Shown here: in pieces, positions 56,338-64,000 of the stretch
Layout: every line of letters starts with the position of its first letter
Position numbering within the stretch: position 1 is the first letter of the stretch
NCBI GenBank assembly: GCA_041690395.1
Contig: JAWLHJ010000001.1
Location: forward strand, 704,001-768,000
From: Longimicrobiales bacterium
GTDB taxonomy: Bacteria; Gemmatimonadota; Gemmatimonadetes; Longimicrobiales; Gaopeijiaceae
Reading direction: 5' to 3'
Length of the DNA: 64,000 nucleotides
The notes under the pieces: model-generated
What the model was told of the DNA's origin: nothing
Database searches by the model: none
The model's input: only the letters and a program-made list of their open reading frames with translations
Made by a program: the position numbers and the translations under genes

Positions 56338-57807
56338 TCAGCGAGACCCGACCAGCACCCACTCCTCCTGGGGCGGAACGAGCCACCGGGCCCCGTCCTC
56401 GGTCACGACGGCCATCTCCTCGACCGAGATGAGCTTGGTCGGTCGGTCCGGATCGACGGCCGGAAAGCCATCGCCCGCGGGATCGCCGTCCAGGTACCAC
56501 GAGAAGAAGCCGTCGAACGCGAACACCTGACCGGGGAGCAGGGGCCTGAGGGCCTGGGGGGAGGGCGAGCGGCCCCGCTGGGCGCCACCGATGGAAGGTC
56601 CCACGTCGTGCGCCCAGTAGCCGACCGGGTGGCCGGTGTTCCAGTAGACGTCGAGCGAGCCCGCCTCGTCCATGACCTCGCGCTGGGCCCGGTCCACGTC
56701 CGTTCCCGTGGCGCCGGGACGCATGGCCTCGAACGCCGCCCGACTCCCGGCTTTCGCCGACTCCCAGTACCGCTGCATGTGCTCCGGCGGCACCGACTCG
56801 TCCGGCCCGAGCACGTACGCGAAGCGCTGGATGTCGGACACCCACATGTCCCACACGCGAATGCCGAAGTCCGTCTGGATCACGTCACCCGGCCGGATGA
56901 CCCGGTCGGTGGCGTGCGAGTGTCCCCGGTCGGGGCCGGAGTTGACGTTCGGATTCTGATCCGGCGCCCAGCCGTCGCCCACCCCGAGCTGAGCCATGCG
57001 GCGCTTCAGGAACTGGGCGACGTCGGCGTCGGTCGTCTCGCCGGGAATGATACGCGCATAGGCCTCGAGCTCGAGCGCCGCGGTGATCTCGGCAGCCCGG
57101 GACAGGATCTCGACCTCGCGGTCGGTCTTCACCGAGAGCCACTGGATGACGAGCTCCTCGGACGAGACGACGCGGTTCAGGTAGCCGGGCCCCAGCGCCT
57201 CGGCGAACTCCTGCCACTGCGTGTGGGTGAGGCCGTCGGCCACCGCCAGGCCGGAGCTGTTCACCGCGATGGTGGCCGGGCCCCGCGCCCGCAGCTCCCG
57301 CGCGGCTGCCTCGAACGCCGTCTCGCCCGAGAGGACGGCCACGCTGTCCTGCAGCCCGACGTCACGGAGCGCGGTCGCTTCGCCCCCGGGAGAGAAGGCC
57401 AGGGCATGGACGCCCGCGGAGCCGTCCGGGCCCGCGGGCTCCCGGAAGAACAGAAAGGCGGCCAGACCACCCGCGTTCTCGGCGCCCACGTGGTGGGCCA
57501 GCGGGTCGTTGTCGTTCTCCCGCGCGAAGAGGACCCAGGCTTCCACTTCCGCGCGCTCCATCGCCGGCCCGAGCAGCTCGCGGATCCGCTCCTCACGGAT
57601 CTCCGCCCAGGGGTGCTCGTCGGGCGGGAAGGGGAGCCCCGGCCCGTCCCAGGCACGCGGCACCTCGAACGCCGGTGGGCCGAGGGGGAGCCCCTCGGCG
57701 GCGACCGCCGGATCGAACGGATCGCCCGCGGGCGCCGCCGCGTCACCGCACGCGGCCAGGAGCATAGTGGCCATGGCAAGGAGGGTGGCTCGGTCGGACC
57801 GACGCAT
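56338..57807 (-). CDS. M24 family (Xaa-Pro-like) metallopeptidase lipoprotein
   Basis: Lipobox LAAC; TDFG...SDIQR, GHPVG..AHDVGP and SVEE metal-ligand motifs. Confidence 0.88.
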   Translation of the reverse strand: MRRSDRATLLAMATMLLAACGDAAAPAGDPFDPAVAAEGLPLGPPAFEVPRAWDGPGLPFPPDEHPWAEIREERIRELLGPAMERAEVEAWVLFARENDNDPLAHHVGAENAGGLAAFLFFREPAGPDGSAGVHALAFSPGGEATALRDVGLQDSVAVLSGETAFEAAARELRARGPATIAVNSSGLAVADGLTHTQWQEFAEALGPGYLNRVVSSEELVIQWLSVKTDREVEILSRAAEITAALELEAYARIIPGETTDADVAQFLKRRMAQLGVGDGWAPDQNPNVNSGPDRGHSHATDRVIRPGDVIQTDFGIRVWDMWVSDIQRFAYVLGPDESVPPEHMQRYWESAKAGSRAAFEAMRPGATGTDVDRAQREVMDEAGSLDVYWNTGHPVGYWAHDVGPSIGGAQRGRSPSPQALRPLLPGQVFAFDGFFSWYLDGDPAGDGFPAVDPDRPTKLISVEEMAVVTEDGARWLVPPQEEWVLVGSR

Positions 57808-57877
57808 CGAAATCTCCTGGGTCGCGTGTCTGCCTACTGGGGCCTGCCGCCTGCTATGGCTCCCATACCACGGGCTG

Positions 57878-60307
57878 CTACGGCCACGGAAGGTAAAGCT
57901 CGATGACTCCGGTGCGGAGCGGGGGCACCTCGCCGAGCGTCAGGTAGCGCTCGATCTCGCGCCGGGCCCGGTCCCGCTGCGCCTGCTCCTCCGCGTCCTG
58001 ACCCGGCGCCGCCGCGAGGCCCTCGGCCAGCGTGGCCAGCCGCCGATCCGCGGCGTTCTGCACCTCGGATGTGACGTCGTCGTCGGCGACCAGGGTGAAG
58101 ATCCCGTCCAGCACCGCGCGCTCCGTCCCCCTCAGGTAGGCGCGCTCCGTCACCGACGTCGGCCGGGTCCGTCCCCAGGTCGCCTCGACCAGGGTGCCCA
58201 GCAGCTCGTCGAGGGACAGCTGCGACCCGTCCCGCGCGTGGAACGCGGCCACCCGCGCCACGCGCTCGGGGTGCAGCACGTTGTCCACCACTTCCTGGGA
58301 GAAGCTCCTCGCGATGGCCTGCGCGTCGAGGGCCGGCCCGCCCGGAGTGGGGATCCACGGAACGAGCTCCTCGTACCCCTCCGGGATCGGCGGAATGAGG
58401 TCGATGATCCGCTCCGGGACCGCCACCTCCTCGGGCGCGAGCACCGCCACGATCCGGTCGAGGGCCCTCCGCTGCTCCGCGGCGTCGATCACCTCGCGCG
58501 GGGTCTGCCCGTCTCCCCGGAGCGCATGCGTGAACCACATGCCGCCGATGTACTTCACCACCGCCTCGACCTGGTAGCGATGGTGCAGGTACGCGTGCGC
58601 GAGCCGGTGGTTGAGCCACGCCATCGGCTCTCCCGGGCGGATGGCCCGCTCGTCGAAGTGCTCGAGGATGACCCGCCGTACGGCCACGCTCCGCTCGAGC
58701 GCCTCGAACGGCTCGTCGCCCTCCCACCACATGTGCGAATCCGGCTGTGAGCCCGCGAGGTCCCGCGCGTACCCTCCGGTGATGAACCGGTGCCCGCGGT
58801 CGAGCGCCTCCTGGGAGATGGCCGCCAGCCCCGCACGCTCCGCCTCGGCGTCGGGATACCACGTGTACGCGTAGCGAATGGCCAGCGAGTCCCCGTAGCC
58901 GATGCCGTCGCGGTACGCCTCCGATATGTCGAGCACGCCGTCGTCGAGCTGAATGAGCGGGAACGGGTAGTCCATGACCGACGCCCGCCCCTGCGCCGCT
59001 GCGCTGTGGTTGTGCGGCAGCCCGATCGCGTGGCCGAGCTCGTGGGCCGTGTGCTGCTTGCGCCGGGCCATCGCGAACTCTTCGGCGGTCAGCTGGGGCG
59101 TGACGCCGAGCGCGTCGTACGCCGGGAGGAGGCCGGCGTAGATGTTGTAGTCGACCAGCGACCGGTACGAGTCCATCTGGGTGATGGCCTGGAGCATCTC
59201 GCCGGTGGCCGGATGGCGGAAGCTGTTCCCGGTCGACGGTCCGGGTCCGGTCCGGTGCACGGCCTGGAGCACCGAGTAGCGCGCGTCCATCTGATGTACA
59301 CCCTCGGGCAGATCACGCACCTGGAACGCGTTCCGGAATCCGGCCGCCTCGAACGCCGTGTTCCACCAGAGGGCGCCCTCACGGTAGGCGGAGCGGTACG
59401 GCTCCGGGATGCCCGGGTCGAGGTGGATCACGATCGGCGTCACCGGCTCGGTGAGCTCACCGCGCAGGTAGGCCGCCGGATCGCTCGGCTCCAACCGCCA
59501 GCGCGCCACCGAGCGGAGCCGGAACTCCCCGTCGAACGGCTGCGAGTAGTCCTGGACGGTAGGCGCCGAGTTGCCGGTGCGAGGATCGTAGTGACGCTGG
59601 GCGAGCGGCGGATCCGGCAGCGGCAGGAAGGAGTGATGCTGCTGGACCGTCACCGACCGGCCGTCGGGAGCGTGCTCCCGGAAGACCGCGTGCGGGTTGT
59701 CCGACGCGAAGGTGAGCGTGGCGCGGATCTCGGTGTTCATGGGGAACGCGTTCGTGTGCTCCTCCGCGATGAAGCTGCGGTCGCGGTCGAGCCGCAGGTC
59801 GCCCAGCCCAGCCCGACGCGCGGAGCCGAGCACGCCCGTGACGTCGCTCAGCAGGAAGTCGGTCGCGTCGACCACCAGCCTCCCGCCCACCGACTCCACG
59901 ATCGGCATCGACGCCAGGATCGAGGGCGCGAACGACTCCTCCACCGCGTGGACCTCGCCGGGGTCGCCCGAGCTCGCCACCACGCCGACGTTCCGCTGGA
60001 TCAGCAGGACCCGCGGGCCTCGGCGCTCGAAGCGCACCACCCGGGCGTCACCGGTCGCGCCCCGGTCCAGCCGGATCGGCTCGAGGCTCCCGATACCCTG
60101 CGCCAGCGCATCCATGTACAGGAAGTCCTCGCCGAGACGGTTGACCTCGAGGTGGATGTCTCCGGTCTCCGCGTCCATGCGGATCGGGAGGAATGCCTCC
60201 TGGAACGCCGCCGCGGGGGTCGCCGGCAGCAGCGTGAGGAGCGCGAGAATCGCCAGGGTGGCGAGCCCCATCGGGGCGCGGAGCCGGAGTCGCGGAGCCG
60301 GATGCAT
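57878..60307 (-). CDS. Secreted zinc metalloprotease (DUF5117/DUF4953, EcxA-like metzincin)
   Basis: HELGHAIGLPH zinc motif, SVMDY Met-turn, WNTAFEAAGF and HHSF; signal peptide from ATG 60307 (GGAGG upstream). Confidence 0.9.
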   Translation of the reverse strand: MHPAPRLRLRAPMGLATLAILALLTLLPATPAAAFQEAFLPIRMDAETGDIHLEVNRLGEDFLYMDALAQGIGSLEPIRLDRGATGDARVVRFERRGPRVLLIQRNVGVVASSGDPGEVHAVEESFAPSILASMPIVESVGGRLVVDATDFLLSDVTGVLGSARRAGLGDLRLDRDRSFIAEEHTNAFPMNTEIRATLTFASDNPHAVFREHAPDGRSVTVQQHHSFLPLPDPPLAQRHYDPRTGNSAPTVQDYSQPFDGEFRLRSVARWRLEPSDPAAYLRGELTEPVTPIVIHLDPGIPEPYRSAYREGALWWNTAFEAAGFRNAFQVRDLPEGVHQMDARYSVLQAVHRTGPGPSTGNSFRHPATGEMLQAITQMDSYRSLVDYNIYAGLLPAYDALGVTPQLTAEEFAMARRKQHTAHELGHAIGLPHNHSAAAQGRASVMDYPFPLIQLDDGVLDISEAYRDGIGYGDSLAIRYAYTWYPDAEAERAGLAAISQEALDRGHRFITGGYARDLAGSQPDSHMWWEGDEPFEALERSVAVRRVILEHFDERAIRPGEPMAWLNHRLAHAYLHHRYQVEAVVKYIGGMWFTHALRGDGQTPREVIDAAEQRRALDRIVAVLAPEEVAVPERIIDLIPPIPEGYEELVPWIPTPGGPALDAQAIARSFSQEVVDNVLHPERVARVAAFHARDGSQLSLDELLGTLVEATWGRTRPTSVTERAYLRGTERAVLDGIFTLVADDDVTSEVQNAADRRLATLAEGLAAAPGQDAEEQAQRDRARREIERYLTLGEVPPLRTGVIELYLPWP

Positions 60308-60526
60308 GTCGGAGCCTCCTGTCTTGCGGTGTGCCGGGCGGGGGGCGGGATGGACGGTCCCGGACCATGCCGGGCAACGTACGTGCGCGTCCGGGGGGTG
60401 GCAAAGCGGGGCCCGACGCCTTCTTTTGCCCACCGCGCGCATAGCCACGTCACGACGTCCACCCTCGCAGGAGCGTGTCCGTGAACGACGCCGTCCGAGG
60501 TCTCACAGCCCCAGGGGCTCGCTGAC

Positions 60527-62134
60527 ATGGCGGGCGCACTCTCCCGGTGGACCGACCGGGCCCTGGCCTCCGTCGAGCGGGTGGGGAACCGCCTGCCCGA
60601 CCCCATCACCCTCTTCGTGCTCTTCATGGGCATCGTGCTGGTGGCCTCGTGGATCGCCGCCGGGGTCGGCCTGTCGGCCACGCATCCCGGCACCGGGGAG
60701 GAGATCCGCGCGCTCAACCTGCTCACCGCCGAGGGCATTCAGCGCATCCTCACCGAGATGCCGCGCACGTTCACCGACTTCCCGCCGCTCGGTCTCGTGC
60801 TGGTCGTCATGCTCGGCATCGGCGTCGCGGAGCGGACCGGACTCATCGAGACCGCCCTCAAGGCGTTCCTCGGGGGGATCCCCGGATGGCTGGTGACCGC
60901 CGCGATCGTGCTGGCGGGCATCCTGTCGTCGGTCGCCGTCGACGCCGGATACGTCGTCCTGATTCCGCTCGGCGCGGTCATCTTCCACGGCATGGGGCGC
61001 CACCCCATCGCCGGCCTCGCGGCCTCGTTCGCCGGAGTGTCCGGCGGGTTCAGCGCGAACCTCTCCCTCACCGCGCTCGATCCGCTGCTGGCCGGCTTCA
61101 CCCAGCCGGCAGCCCGGCTGGTGGACGAGGCCTACGTGGTCGATCCGACCGCGAACTGGTGGCTCATGATCGCGCTGGTGCCGGTGTACGTGGTCTCCGC
61201 GACGCTCGTGACGGAGCGGGTGCTGGAGCCGCGCCTCGGGAAGTACACGGGGACGGTCGTGGACGACCGTGGCGGCTCGAGTGCCGCCCGCGACGCGGCC
61301 CGTGGAACCGCGGAGCCCGCTGACGGCGCGGATCCCCTCGAGCCCGACGCCACCGCGGACCCCACCGCCCCGTTGTCCGCCGTCGAGAGGAAGGGCCTCC
61401 TCTGGGCCGGGGCGACCTTCGCCGCGTGCCTCCTCGTCATCGTCTGGCTCGCGCTGCCCGAGCCGGGGATCCTGCGCGGTCCCGACGGGGAGATCACGCC
61501 GCTGCTCTCGTCGATCGTGGCGCTCATGCTGTTCGTCTTCTTCCTGCCGGGCCTCGTGTACGGCCTCGTCACGGGGTCGATCAGGAGCGACAAGGACGTG
61601 GCGAAGATGACGTCCGACACCATGGGCAGCATGGGTGCGTATATCGTGCTCGCGTTCGCGGCGGCCCACTTCATCGCGTTCTTCAACTGGTCGAACCTGG
61701 GGCTGATCCTGGCCGTGTCGGGGGCGGGCTTCCTCCAGGCCATCGACTTCACCGGTGTGCCGCTCATCGTGGCGTTCGTCCTGGTGTCGTCGTTCATCAA
61801 CCTCTTCATCGGGAGCGCGTCGGCGAAGTGGGCCATCATGGCACCCGTCTTCGTGCCTATGCTCATGCTCCTCGGTTACTCGCCGGAGCTCACACAGGCC
61901 GCGTACCGGGTGGGCGACTCGGTCACGAACATCCTGACGCCGCTCCTGCCGTACTATCCGCTAGTGATCATCTTCGCGCAGAAGTACGACCGCGAGGCCG
62001 GGATCGGCACGCTCGTGTCGGCCATGTTGCCGTTCTCGGTCGTGTTCGGGCTTCTCGGGATCGCCCTCGTGGTCGCGTGGATGTTGCTGGGCCTGCCGCT
62101 CGGGCCGGGGGCGCCGATGTACTACCAGATGTAG
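60527..62134 (+). CDS. abgT: AbgT family transporter
   Basis: VERVGNRLPDP, FPPLGLVLV.MLG.G.AE, GRHPIAG, FAGVSGGFSAN, SASAKW and YRVGDS. Confidence 0.93.
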   Translation: MAGALSRWTDRALASVERVGNRLPDPITLFVLFMGIVLVASWIAAGVGLSATHPGTGEEIRALNLLTAEGIQRILTEMPRTFTDFPPLGLVLVVMLGIGVAERTGLIETALKAFLGGIPGWLVTAAIVLAGILSSVAVDAGYVVLIPLGAVIFHGMGRHPIAGLAASFAGVSGGFSANLSLTALDPLLAGFTQPAARLVDEAYVVDPTANWWLMIALVPVYVVSATLVTERVLEPRLGKYTGTVVDDRGGSSAARDAARGTAEPADGADPLEPDATADPTAPLSAVERKGLLWAGATFAACLLVIVWLALPEPGILRGPDGEITPLLSSIVALMLFVFFLPGLVYGLVTGSIRSDKDVAKMTSDTMGSMGAYIVLAFAAAHFIAFFNWSNLGLILAVSGAGFLQAIDFTGVPLIVAFVLVSSFINLFIGSASAKWAIMAPVFVPMLMLLGYSPELTQAAYRVGDSVTNILTPLLPYYPLVIIFAQKYDREAGIGTLVSAMLPFSVVFGLLGIALVVAWMLLGLPLGPGAPMYYQM

Positions 62135-62207
62135 GAGTGGTCGGGCCGCGAGCGGGCCCGGCCCACCGCGATGGACCGGACCCACCCCTCGGGAGCGGAT
62201 CGCTCCG

Positions 62208-62855
62208 TCAGCCCTCGACGTGCGCGTCGTGCTCGCACGACACCGACGGATTCCAGTCGGCGAACATGCCGGACGGATTGTGCTTCCACGGCCAGACGTG
62301 CAGCGCCCACAGGTTGAACGTGAAGTTCTGCTTGAACTCCTGACCGAAGAGCATCGGCGGCGTCTCGTCCGTGCCCCGGATGTCGAAGGGGATCACGTAC
62401 TCGACACCGACGAGCCTCAGCTCACCGTTCTGGTCAGGCTCGTAGATGAGTGCCTCGGGCGAGGGGACGAGCACCTCGTCGTCGATCAGCGCGGGGTCTA
62501 GCAGGTGCCGTCCCATGCCGCCCAGCCGCGCGTCTTCGAGGCACGCGGCGCCCGTAGTCGGGTGCGTCACGAGGACGGTGTGGCCAGCCGCTTCGGCCTG
62601 CTCCGCCCGATGGAAGGCTGCCGTCGCGCGTCTGAGCTCCGCGAGCTGTCGTTCCACGAGTGCGTCCGCCGCATTCCAATCAGCGTCCGCCGCGGTGCCG
62701 CTTCCGGCTCGGTCGGCCCCGGCGTCCGCCGCGTTGGGCGTGAGGTCCGAGTCCGGCCGCGCGGTGGACGTGGCGTCCCCGCACGCCGTGAGGCCGCCGA
62801 GCACGATCGCCAGCATGGCGGCGCTTCCGATCCGGGCCGTGGAGATGGTCTTCAT
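62208..62855 (-). CDS. Hypothetical lipoprotein with His/Cys-containing motifs
   Basis: SD AGGAGG; lipobox LTAC; C...GGMGRH, PEALIYEP, LVGVEY and LHVW..KHNPSGMFADWNP.VSC. Confidence 0.8.
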   Translation of the reverse strand: MKTISTARIGSAAMLAIVLGGLTACGDATSTARPDSDLTPNAADAGADRAGSGTAADADWNAADALVERQLAELRRATAAFHRAEQAEAAGHTVLVTHPTTGAACLEDARLGGMGRHLLDPALIDDEVLVPSPEALIYEPDQNGELRLVGVEYVIPFDIRGTDETPPMLFGQEFKQNFTFNLWALHVWPWKHNPSGMFADWNPSVSCEHDAHVEG

Positions 62856-62940
62856 GAGCGTGTTCCTCCTGTCGAGAGTCATCAGACCGGACGTCCATCG
62901 GCCTCGTGCCGCGGCTTGTCCCGCCTGTATTCGCTCGCCT

Positions 62941-62995
62941 AGTATGGGCGGCGGGGGTCGCCCCCATGTCGCCTGACTCTCGCCCGCCGGTCGCC
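62941..62995 (-). promoter_or_regulatory. Putative SARP/BTAD-activated promoter: four (G/C)TCGCC direct repeats at exact 11-bp period plus a -10-like CATACT
   Basis: Repeats start at 62957, 62968, 62979 and 62990; AGTATG at 62941-62946 reads CATACT on the minus strand, 10 nt from the nearest repeat. Confidence 0.65.
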
Positions 62996-63001
62996 ACCGC
63001 T

Positions 63002-64000
63002 ATGTCGTTTCAGATCAGGACTTTGGGAGGCGCGTCACTCGAGGCGCCGGACGGTCCCGTGACCGGCCGGGCGGCCCAGCGGCACCGGCTCGCGCTCCTG
63101 GCGCTTCTCGCCGAAGCGGGTCCGGGGGGGCTCTCCCGCGAGAAGCTCGCCAGCTACCTGTGGGCCGAGAGCCGCGGCGACCGCGCCCGGCGACTCCTCT
63201 CGGATTCCCTGTACCGGATCTGCCGGGAGCTCGGGGACGAGGCGATCGTGGCCACCGGCGACGTGCTGCGTCTCGACCCGGAGGCGCTCCAGAGCGACGT
63301 GACTCGGTTCCGCGAGGCGCTCGACCGTGAAGACTGGGCGGCGGCCGTGGACGCCTACGGCGGACCGTTCCTCGACGGCTTCCACCTCCCCGACGCCGTC
63401 GAGTTCGAGCGTTGGCAGGAGGACACCCGGGCGGAGCTCGCCCGTCTGCACGCGGCTGCGCTCGAGGCTCTCGCGCGGCGCACCGCGGAGGACGGCGACG
63501 CACGCGAGGCGGCGGCGCTCTGGCAGAGGCGCGCCGCGCTCGATCCGTACGACGCGCGGGTGGCCATGCAGCTCATGCGCGCGCTCGACGCCGCCGGCAA
63601 CCGGGCCGCAGCGCTCCGGCACGCACGGCTCCACGCCCAGTTGCTCGAGTCGGAGTTCGGGACGGGCCCCGACCCGGAAGTCATGGCTTTGGCGGAGGTG
63701 CTGCGCGCCACCCCGGAGGCGGAGAGCGAGCGGGCCCTATCGGCCCAGCGGACCCAATCGGCCCAGCGGCCCGACGCGACTCCGCGCGCCGACTCGCCCA
63801 TGGAGTCCGATCCGCCGGCCATCGCCCCGCCGGCCCGGCGCTCGACCGTCTCGGGTGGCGCGGCCGGAAGGGATGCGGTCTTCGTGGCCGAGCGGGATAT
63901 GAGCCTCCCGCGTCGCGCCACCGTGGGCCTGGTCCTCGTCGTGGTCGCCGTCCTCACGCTCGCGGCCGCCTGGGTCATGGGACGTGGCGGTCCCGATGTC
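63002..64000 (+). CDS. Membrane-anchored SARP/BTAD-family transcriptional regulator, truncated by window end
   Basis: Not in the ORF track because it has no stop; reads MSFQIRTLGG...RLALLALLA...LSREKLASYLW...YGGPFLDGF...EFERW...DPYD..., then a TM helix (VGLVLVVVAVLTLAAAWV) near the window end. Confidence 0.9.
   Translation, partial: MSFQIRTLGGASLEAPDGPVTGRAAQRHRLALLALLAEAGPGGLSREKLASYLWAESRGDRARRLLSDSLYRICRELGDEAIVATGDVLRLDPEALQSDVTRFREALDREDWAAAVDAYGGPFLDGFHLPDAVEFERWQEDTRAELARLHAAALEALARRTAEDGDAREAAALWQRRAALDPYDARVAMQLMRALDAAGNRAAALRHARLHAQLLESEFGTGPDPEVMALAEVLRATPEAESERALSAQRTQSAQRPDATPRADSPMESDPPAIAPPARRSTVSGGAAGRDAVFVAERDMSLPRRATVGLVLVVVAVLTLAAAWVMGRGGPDV

Overview
GC-rich chromosomal segment from a Gram-negative bacterium. 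The gene repertoire (PD40-amidohydrolases, ECF sigma/Ser-Thr kinase pair, membrane-anchored BTAD regulator, many lipoproteins) suggests Gemmatimonadota; this is an inference. No rRNA, tRNA, CRISPR array, integrase or transposase was recognised. Left arm (1-22 kb): a cobalamin riboswitch ahead of a BtuB-like receptor and a beta-propeller lipoprotein; MscS; a PQQ-type sugar dehydrogenase; a minus-strand cassette (64-aa secreted 4-Cys peptide, degenerate thioredoxin-fold protein, membrane-tethered beta-propeller); MFS; a macrodomain-pncA-TIGR00341 operon; two tandem PD40-amidohydrolases; and a DUF1028 protein. Centre (22.7-49.8 kb), the main candidate for an undescribed system: a tightly coupled 24-kb six-gene envelope operon. 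It encodes an Ig-like lipoprotein, a 3,960-aa secreted TANFOR-like giant with a ~755-aa internal tandem repeat, an FN3 protein, a TPR protein, a non-canonical outer-membrane beta-barrel and an adhesin-like lipoprotein. It is preceded by a repeat-rich intergenic region and followed convergently by an ECF43-type sigma factor and its transmembrane kinase. Right arm: fatty-acid desaturase, second MscS, lipoproteins, CPA2 antiporter, M24 peptidase, metzincin-like protease, AbgT transporter, and a lipoprotein divergent from a BTAD/SARP regulator with four 11-bp-phased direct repeats between them. All family assignments come from motif recognition by eye; no searches were run.
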